Virus record (IMG/VR): IMGVR_UViG_3300036929_000011
Span: 1-64,000 of that record
Origin: a virus
Taxonomy: Duplodnaviria; Caudoviricetes
DNA: 64,000 nt
Reading direction: 5' to 3' (one strand)
Shown here: one piece after another, positions 1-8,621 of the stretch
Layout of the letters: the number at the start of each line of letters is the position of its first letter
How positions within the stretch are numbered: position 1 is the stretch's first letter
Program-made: the position numbers and the translations under genes
Notes under the pieces: model-generated
Told to the model about the DNA's origin: nothing
The model's input: only the letters and a program-made list of their open reading frames with translations
Database searches by the model: none

Positions 1-560
1 GGCGACCATGAAATGATCTCGACCGCGTGGCCGCCCCAGATGCGCTTGTCGGCCGCCACAGCCGCGTCCCATCGGTCTGTCGTCTGGCAGGCCACCGGGA
101 GCGTAAGCCCCGCGAGAAGCGGCCCGCCCACCGCAACGGCCGAAGCCAGGTGCACGGGGTCGCCGAATCCGACGCTGAAGAAGCGATCGAACTTCACGCC
201 TGCGACGCCATCGCGCAGGAGGTAGTTCATCAGGTCGAGAAGCACGACACCCTTGTCGCCCTGGAATGTACCGTCCCACCCGAGGTCTCGGTAGATCTTC
301 AATGCGTCGTCGACGGTAAGCGGAAGTTGGATTCCGAGCAACGCCGCAAGCGTCTTGAGCAGGTTGACCGCCGCAGCCGGGCCGCAGTTTCCCCACGTGT
401 CGTTGCCGAGGCAGTCCGGATCCCAAGCCAGGCCTAGCTGCCAGTCCCGTGGAGTCGCCGCTAGCAACGGGTCGCTTGGCAAAAAGTCGTGCAGCTTCGC
501 GACCAGCGCCACGCGCGCAGGGTCGTGCGCCTGAAGGCCTAGCTTGAGATGACCGAACAT
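1..560 (-). CDS. Papain-like cysteine peptidase (runs off window edge; not in ORF track)
   Basis: Manual translation from ATG 560 (GAGG SD): MFGHLKLG...LGNDTWGNCGPAAA (catalytic Cys)...WGGHAVEI (catalytic His). Frame is open to position 1. Confidence 0.7.
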   Translation of the reverse strand, partial: MFGHLKLGLQAHDPARVALVAKLHDFLPSDPLLAATPRDWQLGLAWDPDCLGNDTWGNCGPAAAVNLLKTLAALLGIQLPLTVDDALKIYRDLGWDGTFQGDKGVVLLDLMNYLLRDGVAGVKFDRFFSVGFGDPVHLASAVAVGGPLLAGLTLPVACQTTDRWDAAVAADKRIWGGHAVEIISWS

Positions 561-567
561 TGCTGCC

Positions 568-957
568 TCACTTCGCCGGTGTGTAGCTGTTCCGGATGCT
601 GATGTTGTGCTGGGCCAGCCAGTCGTTCGCGTTCTTGCGCAGGGCCAGGTCTGCCGGCGTTGCCGATGCCGTACTCACCCTGACGTTCGTCCGCTGCGCA
701 AGAGCGGCGACCACGCACGCCACCTCGTCGATCGTGAATTTACCCTCGGTAACGAGTCCGGACAGGCAGACCGCGTAGTCCTGGGAAACAACGCCAAGCA
801 GACACGTCTCGATTGCTCCGAGAGCGGCGCTCGATTCCGGGTTGACCTTCGCGCAGTCGACGGTCGCGTTCCAGAACTGGTCGGGCGTAACGTTGTGGCA
901 GGCTGGGGCCGGGGTCAGAAAAGCGAGAGCAAGAAGGCAGGTGAACAGAGTGCGCAT
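568..957 (-). CDS. Secreted or lipoprotein, 129 aa (spanin-like candidate)
   Basis: Start MRTLFTCLLALAFLTPAPAC (signal peptide plus Cys) with AGGA SD. The track start at 1272 is an over-extension. Confidence 0.6.
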   Translation of the reverse strand: MRTLFTCLLALAFLTPAPACHNVTPDQFWNATVDCAKVNPESSAALGAIETCLLGVVSQDYAVCLSGLVTEGKFTIDEVACVVAALAQRTNVRVSTASATPADLALRKNANDWLAQHNISIRNSYTPAK

Positions 958-986
958 TGGTGATCCTTTCGTTCGAGGTTTGGGAG

Positions 987-1355
987 CTACTTCGTCTTGC
1001 GAGGCAACACCGGAGTCTCTGCGTCGATGCGAGAGACTGGCACGGTCACGCTTCCAGGATCCGGAGTCCTTGCTACTCGGATCATGGGCGCCACGTTGTC
1101 CCGGCTCGGGTTCCAGGGCGCCTGCGCGCCAGGAGGCGTCGCGAGCCCGAGCAGTGCCAGGGTCTTGCGCAGGAACGGCATCGCCAGGGCAAGGCCGCCG
1201 CAGGCAGTCGCCGCGTAGCCAAGCAAGTGCACGATGCCGATTACGTGCGGGATGCCACTGGCGGCCAGCCAAGCCGACGCAGCTGAGAAATCTGGACCCG
1301 CAATGGCGAGACCACCAAGAACGAAGAGCACGGTGTTGAGATTGAGTCGGATCAT
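987..1355 (-). CDS. Holin-like membrane protein, 122 aa
   Basis: MIRLNLNTVLFVLGGLAIAG... with 2-3 hydrophobic segments, a Pro-rich/charged C-tail and GGAGG SD. Confidence 0.55.
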   Translation of the reverse strand: MIRLNLNTVLFVLGGLAIAGPDFSAASAWLAASGIPHVIGIVHLLGYAATACGGLALAMPFLRKTLALLGLATPPGAQAPWNPSRDNVAPMIRVARTPDPGSVTVPVSRIDAETPVLPRKTK

Positions 1356-1374
1356 GATCGGTCCTCCTTTGCTG

Positions 1375-1578
1375 TCAGTCTTTGAGTCTTCCGATGCGGA
1401 GCCACTTCCAAAGCTTACTCCTTCCCCGGCGCGCCGAGGCGGCGTCAATCTGCCGATGGTTTCCCACGACCCCGCGCGTGTTGAACCGAGCGTGCGCGAG
1501 CCACCACAAGAGCAAGCCTATCAAAATCGCCAGGACCGTGCAGGCGCCGACCAGGCAGGCGACAAACACGGCAGTCAT
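1375..1578 (-). CDS. Small single-TM protein
   Basis: N-terminal hydrophobic helix, basic tail, ATGA coupling. Confidence 0.55.
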   Translation of the reverse strand: MTAVFVACLVGACTVLAILIGLLLWWLAHARFNTRGVVGNHRQIDAASARRGRSKLWKWLRIGRLKD

Positions 1579-1982
1579 CTGGAAACCAAGATGCTGTCAT
1601 TTTCGATCTCTTTCAACTGTGCGTGGATGACCCCAAGTTCTTTGAGTGCTTCGCGGACCTCGACTCGCACGGCTTCCTTCAGCTCCGCTCGAACCCCTGC
1701 GGCGACGACCTCCTTGAAGACGCTTTTCGCCGTGAACCACCCGATCGTGTTCAGCGTGAGCAGGGCTCCGAGGAGGACACAGGCGAGCACGCTCCATCGG
1801 CGCAACACGCGCAAGGCCGGACACCACCGCTGATGGGTGTGCACGTAGCGCTGAACGTAGCCCACCGTGGCACCCTCGTTCAAGGCCTCCTGTAGCGCAT
1901 GGGGCGATGGCGTTTCGTCGAGAGCGCGCTGCTCACCGGTATCCGTGAGGGGGTCAATGATGCCGAGCGGATTATCACTCAT
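1575..1982 (-). CDS. Membrane protein with C-terminal coiled coil, 135 aa
   Basis: TM segment WSVLACVLLGALLTLNTIGWF followed by heptad-like sequence. Confidence 0.6.
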   Translation of the reverse strand: MSDNPLGIIDPLTDTGEQRALDETPSPHALQEALNEGATVGYVQRYVHTHQRWCPALRVLRRWSVLACVLLGALLTLNTIGWFTAKSVFKEVVAAGVRAELKEAVRVEVREALKELGVIHAQLKEIENDSILVSR

Positions 1983-2027
1983 GACGTGCTCCAATTGCGC
2001 CCCGGTGCTTAGCCCACCGGGCCAGGC

Positions 2028-2372
2028 CTACTTCTTTTCGTCGTCTGCCGTGCGCAGCCGATCGATGAACTTGCAAACGACGCGCTCGACGAACGAGCCG
2101 CCGGCCACCGTGCCCTCGGCGCCGTACTTCTCCAGAAGGTAATCTTTGGTCCCGCTCTCGATGTCGACCACGACCTCAGCGGTCGGCCACTGGGTCCACG
2201 GGGTCGCGTTCCTCGCGCCACCCGGGAGGGCCAGCTCTTCGATGCGTTCGAGCTGCATCTGCTCGAAGGCCCGGTTTTTCCGTTTCCGGTTGCTGTGGTT
2301 GGTCTCGGCCTGGGCTCCGGAGAGGGCCATGTACAGGCAGACAAGCTCCCGGTCGTTCGTGGTGAATTTCAT
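2028..2372 (-). CDS. Hypothetical protein, 114 aa
   Basis: GGAGG SD before MKFTTNDREL. Confidence 0.65.
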   Translation of the reverse strand: MKFTTNDRELVCLYMALSGAQAETNHSNRKRKNRAFEQMQLERIEELALPGGARNATPWTQWPTAEVVVDIESGTKDYLLEKYGAEGTVAGGSFVERVVCKFIDRLRTADDEKK

Positions 2373-2388
2373 TGCGCCTCCTGCCGTA

Positions 2389-2417
2389 ACACTAAGCGAC
2401 TGGCACTTTCCGGTCAA
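2389..2417 (-). promoter_or_regulatory. sigma70-like promoter TTGACC-N17-TAGTGT
   Basis: Canonical 17-bp spacing, directly upstream of the SD of the 2372 gene. Confidence 0.45.
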
Positions 2418-2422
2418 GATCA

Positions 2423-2536
2423 TCACGTCCAGAAGGGGTGGTAGGTGTTCTGCTGGTCGATGCCCATGACGGTACCGTTCTGGTACTCGTACATGCCGGC
2501 GATGCCTCCGAGGGATGGGTACGGTAGGTATGACAT
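2423..2536 (-). CDS. 37-aa ORF MSYLPYPSLGGIAGMYEYQNGTVMGIDQQNTYHPFWT
   Basis: Fills the gap after the esterase gene. Below the ORF-track cutoff; may be a gene remnant. Confidence 0.35.
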   Translation of the reverse strand: MSYLPYPSLGGIAGMYEYQNGTVMGIDQQNTYHPFWT

Positions 2537-2556
2537 CTTTGAATCTTACCTTGTTC

Positions 2557-3834
2557 TCAGTTCGTGACCGTCTTGCTGAAAATCAGGCACCAGTTGTGCA
2601 TGGGCATGTTGATTCCGGACGGGTCGAAGACGATGGAGTCTCCTTGGGAATCTCGCAGGGTTCCGCGCGCGCCAGTCACCCGTCCAGGCCCCGTCTGTCC
2701 CACAGTGCCCTGCCACGCGTAGTTGACCACGGCGTTGGCCGGTATCGACGTCGAGCAGACGATGTTCACTGCGTTGGTTCCGGAGATTGAGACGGAGTTG
2801 ATCGTGAGCGGCGTAGTGCCGTCGGCCTGATACGCCTGGAAACCCTCGTTCGCGATGGCGGTTACCCACGAGCGGTCGAAAACGAGTTGGCCGACCGGGT
2901 TGAACGTGAGGGTAATGGTCGACCCGCTACGGGTGCAGGACTGCGGGGAAAGGGCCGCCCAGCTCGCCGACCCGTCGTACACGAGGCGCTTGTACGCGAG
3001 CCCGAGGTACGCCCCGAGCCACTTGCTGCTGCTGTTGTTAAGGTGCCACTCCATCCCGGGGACGTACTCAAACTGGTACATCGCACAAGCCATCCTAAGG
3101 AATGCTGGCAGTGCGGTCGCGGCGTCTGTCTGGGCGAGGGCGATGGACGGCGTGGGAGTAGGAGCGTAGAGGTGGCTCGCGATCTGAGCGACGAGCGTGA
3201 TCGGTCCGAAGGCCTGCAGGGCGCAGATCCCGGCGTTTGCGCGCCACGCTGTCGCGAGCGCTTGTAACTTGCTGTTGTACGTCGCCCTCGTCGTACCCTC
3301 GGTGTAGTCGGTCTCGCCCTGGATCCAGGCCATCGCCTGCGCGGCGTAGCTCCACCCCGCTTGACCGGCCAGCAACTGGCCGTACTGCACTTGCTGTAAC
3401 AACCTAGCATAGCTGACCGTACCGGGTGACAGGGCCGCGATGTCGACGCCTCCCTGCCCGGGGGACGTCATGTGCATCCGGTACGCGGCGGCCGCTGGGT
3501 TCTCAGCCGCTATCAACTGCGAGATCATCTGTGCGGCGCCATAGCATGGAGTCTCGCCAATGGCATTGTTCGACGGACAGAGCTGCTCGACTAATGCCGA
3601 CAGCGACGCGTAGGACACCTCGTAACCATGCGCTGGGTAGTCGACTTGTGGTCTCACACCGTCCACGAACATCTTGTGGGTCAGCGACGGTACCGACGAC
3701 AGGATCGGCTCCATTATGCTCCCCGACATCGCCCCGAGTGAGAGGCTCTGCCCGTTGATGGCGAAGCAGTTCATATCTGCCGGCCCAGCGGCCCGCAGAT
3801 TAGAGCCGGACGAGTGTTGCAGTAGTGATCGCAT
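2557..3834 (-). CDS. SGNH/SASA (sialate O-acetylesterase-like) domain protein, probably virion-associated
   Basis: GQSLSLG and AWIQGETD motifs, late His motif (WHLNN), beta-rich C-terminal domain. Confidence 0.7.
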   Translation of the reverse strand: MRSLLQHSSGSNLRAAGPADMNCFAINGQSLSLGAMSGSIMEPILSSVPSLTHKMFVDGVRPQVDYPAHGYEVSYASLSALVEQLCPSNNAIGETPCYGAAQMISQLIAAENPAAAAYRMHMTSPGQGGVDIAALSPGTVSYARLLQQVQYGQLLAGQAGWSYAAQAMAWIQGETDYTEGTTRATYNSKLQALATAWRANAGICALQAFGPITLVAQIASHLYAPTPTPSIALAQTDAATALPAFLRMACAMYQFEYVPGMEWHLNNSSSKWLGAYLGLAYKRLVYDGSASWAALSPQSCTRSGSTITLTFNPVGQLVFDRSWVTAIANEGFQAYQADGTTPLTINSVSISGTNAVNIVCSTSIPANAVVNYAWQGTVGQTGPGRVTGARGTLRDSQGDSIVFDPSGINMPMHNWCLIFSKTVTN

Positions 3835-4450
3835 CCATCGCACCTGCCACAGAAGCCACGACTCCGATCGACTGGATCTCGCTCAGTGGGAGACCGGTCA
3901 GCGTGATGAGCGCGTGGCGATTGAGATAAGCAGAGACGGAGGAGTTGTAGAACGTCGTCAATACGCTGAACAGCTGGGCATTGTTCCCCGACTTGGGCGC
4001 TAGACACTCGATGATGGCCGTGAACACATGGGTCGCGGGTCCGACGTTGACGATGAAATTGATCGGGCTTGTATTGGCGACGGCAACTTGCCCGGCGGTC
4101 GAACCGTAACCATAAAAGTCGACGAACTGAGATGACGCCGGTAGAGCTGCGTTGACCCGCAACCCGATCGCGCACGTGGCGTTGACGGTCCCCTGGAGTA
4201 TCAGCCGAAATCCTCCGAGAGTGTCGCACGCGAGGTTCGCCACAAGCGCCGTCGTGTCCCACGTCGTCTTCGTCGTACCGAACGTGCCCGAAACGGTGTG
4301 GAGCGGGGACCACTGGGTGTTCCCGGTTCCCCACTTGACCCACCCCTTCGTACCGTCGACCGTCTCAACGATCGTGCCAACAGGATCGGCCAGACCGCTG
4401 ACGCTCGGGTCGAAGTTGTTCGCGATCGAAAGTGGTGTGCCAAAGCTCAT
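3800..4450 (-). CDS. Putative virion structural protein, 216 aa
   Basis: GAAGGAG SD before MSFGTPL; Thr/Gly/Val-rich; lies in a fibre cluster. Confidence 0.6.
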   Translation of the reverse strand: MSFGTPLSIANNFDPSVSGLADPVGTIVETVDGTKGWVKWGTGNTQWSPLHTVSGTFGTTKTTWDTTALVANLACDTLGGFRLILQGTVNATCAIGLRVNAALPASSQFVDFYGYGSTAGQVAVANTSPINFIVNVGPATHVFTAIIECLAPKSGNNAQLFSVLTTFYNSSVSAYLNRHALITLTGLPLSEIQSIGVVASVAGAMDAITTATLVRL

Positions 4451-4463
4451 GCAGACTCCTTCG

Positions 4464-6050
4464 CTAGAAGATCTCCCAGTTGCTGGTGGTGGCATTGGCC
4501 ACGAGCCAGATCGTCGACCCCGTTACGTTCTGCACGTAGTTCCCCGCCACGTTCTCGATCTTGTCGCCGCCATTCCGCACCAGGGTGATGTTGTTGACAG
4601 CAGCGTTGTAGCCACTGTCCTTGGAGCCGATCACGAACCCGTCGCTAACCGTCGCGATGGATGGCAGGTTCAGCGAGATAGCGGCCGTCCCAGTACGTCG
4701 CACATGAAGTAGGAAGTCAGTCGGCAGGATAGTGTACGGACCCGCGACGTTGACGTCGGTCCCGTGTACGGTCTGCCCCCCTCTAAACTTGATGCTCCCG
4801 TCCAGGCCGAGCGACCAGCTTCGAGTCGCACTGGCCGGACCTGCCCCCGTAAAGGCAGGAGCGGCGATCTTGAGAGAGTAGCAATCGGTCACGACGACCG
4901 CAGATGCAGCCGATACGGTGGGCTGCCCAATGTTCACGAAGGCCAGCGCGGTAATCGGGGTGGTGGCGCCGGTGAGCGTGAGTGTTGCCGCTGCTACGGA
5001 CACACCATTCCATGCGGCTCCGCCTGCGGCCACTACCGTCGCGGTTGGCACAAATTGCGATGCCCCCGCCTGTACCCACAACGCCAGGGGCGTCGTGATG
5101 GTGGCGTTCGCTCCTGCGATAGGTGCCCCGGTGATCGCGACTGTCGCTCCGGTCGTGACCGTCGATGCTGCCGCGAAGGCATAGGTGCGGGCCTGCACGA
5201 GGAAATCGCGCTGGGTGGTGATCGCACCGGTTGCCCAGGTCTTGATGGCCGAGAGATTGAAGTTGGCGTCGGGGACCTCCGTCGAGGCCGTGAGGTTCGT
5301 GTGGGCCGCCGCGACCTGCGTGACACCGGTGAAGGTCCCGCTCGAAACGGGCGCCGGGTTGACGAGGAGCAGGCTGAGCAGCCGTACCGCGCCGGTCACC
5401 CCGAGCGACCACGCATTGGTCAAAGTCGCGTTTCCGGCGCCGATTGGAGGTGCCCCGATTCGGACCGTGTAGGCGTCGGTCACGGTCAGCAGGCCGGCGC
5501 CGCCGCCCGTCGTAATAGTCGGTTGATGGAAGTGCGCCGCGACCAGCTCAGTGACCGTGACGTTGCCCGCCCCCATGGTCGCCGTGAGCGTGGAATTCTC
5601 CACACGGAGACCGTCCCAGATGGAACCAGCCGCAGGGGAAGCGATGGTCTTGGAGGTCGAAATCGCCAGTGCGCTTGTCGCGTTGGCGCCGGCTCCACCA
5701 ATCCTGAGAGTGGCGTTGGTAGCATCCCAGAACAGGTTTGCGTTGTCTTCGGTGAGTGTTCCAGGTCCCGCCGCAAATGGAATAGATCCTGGGGTGAATC
5801 CTCCTACAGCGGACGAATCCAATGCGTGCCGAGCGCCAAGCGCATCGGTCCAGTACAGGTGTGTGCCGTCCGATTCGAGCGCGCCAGATGCCGGTACCGT
5901 CAGCACCACGCCCGGAGCTACGTACGCACAGGCGAGCCCAGCTCCAGCTTGTCCAGCGCTCAGCTTGAGGATATCGACGACGAGGGCGTCGGGACCGTTG
6001 AGAGCGTGATGGGCGCCGCTTTCCAGAACCAGCGGTCTGAAGTCTGACAT
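4464..6050 (-). CDS. Fibre-like virion protein with internal beta repeats, 528 aa
   Basis: Ala/Thr/Gly-rich; three repeats of the type TVRIGAPPIGAGNATLTNAWSLGV; C-terminal fibre-type domain (TIASVSDG..IGSKDSG..NNITLV). Confidence 0.7.
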   Translation of the reverse strand: MSDFRPLVLESGAHHALNGPDALVVDILKLSAGQAGAGLACAYVAPGVVLTVPASGALESDGTHLYWTDALGARHALDSSAVGGFTPGSIPFAAGPGTLTEDNANLFWDATNATLRIGGAGANATSALAISTSKTIASPAAGSIWDGLRVENSTLTATMGAGNVTVTELVAAHFHQPTITTGGGAGLLTVTDAYTVRIGAPPIGAGNATLTNAWSLGVTGAVRLLSLLLVNPAPVSSGTFTGVTQVAAAHTNLTASTEVPDANFNLSAIKTWATGAITTQRDFLVQARTYAFAAASTVTTGATVAITGAPIAGANATITTPLALWVQAGASQFVPTATVVAAGGAAWNGVSVAAATLTLTGATTPITALAFVNIGQPTVSAASAVVVTDCYSLKIAAPAFTGAGPASATRSWSLGLDGSIKFRGGQTVHGTDVNVAGPYTILPTDFLLHVRRTGTAAISLNLPSIATVSDGFVIGSKDSGYNAAVNNITLVRNGGDKIENVAGNYVQNVTGSTIWLVANATTSNWEIF

Positions 6051-6060
6051 GGGTTGTGTC

Positions 6061-6474
6061 CTACAGTACGGTGTAGTCGTCGTCAGCGACCGAGATCGTC
6101 AGGGTCGTTGTATCCTTGGCACGCCCGAGGCCTTCGACGACGTTACCAGAAACTGGGGTCGCCGGTGGCGTCGCCGTGATCTGGCCCGCCACCATCGCCG
6201 CGAAATACTGTGTCCCAGCGACAAGGCCGACGAATCCTCCCAGGTCGCCTGACGACCGCAGAAGCCCCGAGGTTGGGGTCGGCTTCGAGACGATGAACCC
6301 CCACACCGGCATGGTCGCCATCGAGGTCGCGTTGGCCTTGGCGTAGAGGTCCGACGCTTTGAGGTAGACGGCATCCCGCACCGCAACCGCGGCTTCGACC
6401 GTGACCATCACGTCGGAATTTGTAGAGCTGCCAGATGAAGGTGACGTCCACCGCGAGTAGGTGCCAGTGGTCAT
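6061..6474 (-). CDS. Capsid cement/decoration-like protein (DUF2190-like)
   Basis: AVAVRDAVYL..A.A.....GF....G..GGFVGLVAG..YF pattern. Confidence 0.5.
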   Translation of the reverse strand: MTTGTYSRWTSPSSGSSTNSDVMVTVEAAVAVRDAVYLKASDLYAKANATSMATMPVWGFIVSKPTPTSGLLRSSGDLGGFVGLVAGTQYFAAMVAGQITATPPATPVSGNVVEGLGRAKDTTTLTISVADDDYTVL

Positions 6475-6830
6475 TGGTCCCTCGTGACTTTGCCCACGAT
6501 CACATCCCCAGCGCCGCCGCCCGTGCGCGCGTAGACGGCCCGGATGAAGGCCATGTCGGTCTCGATTCCGTCAGCGCACGAAGACCCGGCCGCGCCCGCA
6601 GGCGAGCTCAGGGACGGCGTGAAGGTCCCAGGCATGTCGAACGGCAAGACCTTGTCCTGGCTGACCTGGAATGACAGCGCGCCCGTCGGGGCGTGGCTGG
6701 CACCGCTCCAGTCGAACGCGAACGAGATATGTCCGTGCGTGACGGCAATCCACTCCCCGGTCAGGGACTGCCCGAGATCGCCGGATTGCCCCCCAGACGA
6801 CCAGTAAAACGTGGTGGTATCGGTTCGCAT
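6471..6830 (-). CDS. Small beta-rich virion protein, 119 aa
   Basis: Composition and context; coupled to 6474. Confidence 0.55.
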   Translation of the reverse strand: MRTDTTTFYWSSGGQSGDLGQSLTGEWIAVTHGHISFAFDWSGASHAPTGALSFQVSQDKVLPFDMPGTFTPSLSSPAGAAGSSCADGIETDMAFIRAVYARTGGGAGDVIVGKVTRDQ

Positions 6831-6895
6831 TCGGCACCTCTCTCGTAGATGCCGATAGCTTCTCGCGTTCTGGGGCGCCGGTCAAGTCAGTTGGG

Positions 6896-7090
6896 CTAGA
6901 ACCCCCAGATCGGTCTGAATCCGTTCGAGACGATTGAATTACCTTGGATAACGGTCTGCGTCCCACCGAACGTGTAGGATCCACCCATCTCCTGGATAGC
7001 ACGCTCGACTCTCTGAGCCCTATTTCTCCGAGCCGCAAGCTTCTGACGCTTACGCTGATCTTGCACCTTGGTTCTCCTCTTGCGGCCCAT
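6896..7090 (-). CDS. Small highly basic protein
   Basis: MGRKRRTKVQDQRKRQKLAARR; fills the gap between neighbours. Confidence 0.5.
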   Translation of the reverse strand: MGRKRRTKVQDQRKRQKLAARRNRAQRVERAIQEMGGSYTFGGTQTVIQGNSIVSNGFRPIWGF

Positions 7091-7093
7091 GGT

Positions 7094-7438
7094 CTAGTTA
7101 CGGCGTGCGCGCCTCAGCTCCCTGGAGGCGTGCTTGGCCGCGTCCACCAGGGTCGCCATGATGAAGCTGTTGTCCTTCCCCACGTGGTCGGGCTTCAGGC
7201 TCTCGACGAAGTAGAGCAGTGCTGCCATCTGGCCTTGGTTCATGGGCCGGAACTGCTCCAGGAACTCCACGAGCCGGCCAAGTGTATCTACGAACGCCTC
7301 GGAGAGCTGGCGGCGGTTCGCGGCTGCCAGAAGCTTGATGGGCACCCGCTGGGCGAGACGCTCCTCCAGGGCCTGAATCAGCGTGGCGGATTCGTCGGCT
7401 TCGGCTGGGCTTGCGGTGGGTTGGGTCGGGTCGGTCAT
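7094..7438 (-). CDS. Hypothetical alpha-helical protein
   Basis: AAGGAG SD; clean ORF. Confidence 0.65.
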   Translation of the reverse strand: MTDPTQPTASPAEADESATLIQALEERLAQRVPIKLLAAANRRQLSEAFVDTLGRLVEFLEQFRPMNQGQMAALLYFVESLKPDHVGKDNSFIMATLVDAAKHASRELRRARRN

Positions 7439-7475
7439 CGTGATTCTCCTTGCGGAAGTGCGATCTCTTTCATTT

Positions 7476-7775
7476 TTACCTGTTATTTACGTGCCATTGG
7501 AGCATGGCAGCATCGCCTTCCCTACGACATTCCGGACACGTAGCGGCCTCCGGTTCGATCGTCCAGGCCTCGCGGATGCTCGCCCCACATAGTGGCGTGT
7601 GCTCGGGCTCGACCACCAGGTGCAGGATGGGCGGCGCCACGTGGGGAAGGTCGATGGGCGGCCGGGCGGGCGGCGTCTGGGCAGGTTGAGCGCTCCGTTG
7701 TCCCAGCCAGCGCAGGACCAGCAGCGCGGTCACGAACACCACCAGGACCGCAACTGGAAAGACCCACGCGTTCAT
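7476..7775 (-). CDS. Membrane-anchored protein with C-terminal Zn-binding motif, 99 aa
   Basis: TM helix then H..LCG...CPEC; ATGA coupling. Confidence 0.6.
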   Translation of the reverse strand: MNAWVFPVAVLVVFVTALLVLRWLGQRSAQPAQTPPARPPIDLPHVAPPILHLVVEPEHTPLCGASIREAWTIEPEAATCPECRREGDAAMLQWHVNNR

Positions 7776-8590
7776 CCTGCCGCCTTCATCTTTCGGATCG
7801 TGAACAGCGCAGCCTCGGCAGGAGGGCAACGAGCGAGCATCACGGATCGGGCATCGTCGGATGGTTCCGCCTCGATCATCTCGGCCGTGATGAGGTGTGG
7901 CTGCTCCACGACTATGCCTGGCACCCGCACCCCGTGAATCGAGTAGAGCCGCGATCCGTCACGCCAGAGGCAGAATGGTCCAGTCTCGCTGTGCGGTTTG
8001 TTGCTGCCGTCGACCGTAAGCTGCGCCGGCCTGTCGCTGACGATACAGAATTTGGAGTGCATCCAGCGCGGACCCGAGTGAATCGCAGCCTGCTCGTAGT
8101 GGTCCCAATTCGAGTAGTCCAGATCGAGCTGAGCTACGTACCGACCGAACGATAGATATGAGCACCACCCGGACCACTGATTACCGCCGTTCTGCATCCG
8201 CCACGCCTTCGCCGCACAGCCCAGCGCTTTGACCGCTGACTCTCGCATCAGATGAGTCGATAGACGTATCATATCTACCACGTCGCATCCACCTAGACCC
8301 CACCACTGCACGGTCGCCTGCTCGGGATGTTCACGTAGCCACCACATCCATGCAGCAAATCCGGCAGCAAACACCCCGACAAACGGCGACGGCACGAACA
8401 CGATTCGCTCGTCAGGAGGAGGTTCTAACTCAGCCGCTCGGTATAGTCCCTTCACCGCATCCCGCACAATGCGCCGTTCCTCATCGTCCATCGCCTTGGT
8501 CGACATCGCATTCGCGCTCCATCGGTCCAGCCACTCCGGAAACCGCGCCCTGTGTTCGGGTAACAGCTTGTAGAGCCTCTTGCGTGCCAT
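7772..8590 (-). CDS. DUF6745-like phage protein
   Basis: LYRAAELEPP...FVPSP and FCIVSDRP...PH...GP...WRDG..LYSIHGVRVP motifs; possibly leaderless. Confidence 0.7.
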   Translation of the reverse strand: MARKRLYKLLPEHRARFPEWLDRWSANAMSTKAMDDEERRIVRDAVKGLYRAAELEPPPDERIVFVPSPFVGVFAAGFAAWMWWLREHPEQATVQWWGLGGCDVVDMIRLSTHLMRESAVKALGCAAKAWRMQNGGNQWSGWCSYLSFGRYVAQLDLDYSNWDHYEQAAIHSGPRWMHSKFCIVSDRPAQLTVDGSNKPHSETGPFCLWRDGSRLYSIHGVRVPGIVVEQPHLITAEMIEAEPSDDARSVMLARCPPAEAALFTIRKMKAAG

Positions 8591-8595
8591 GTCCG

Positions 8596-8621
8596 TATTG
8601 TTGATCTTGCCGGTCGGTTTT
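8596..8621 (-). promoter_or_regulatory. Conserved bipartite motif copy 1 (AAAACC-N9-GATCAACAATA)
   Basis: One of six copies with invariant spacing; ATG lies 6 nt after AACAAT. Confidence 0.75.
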
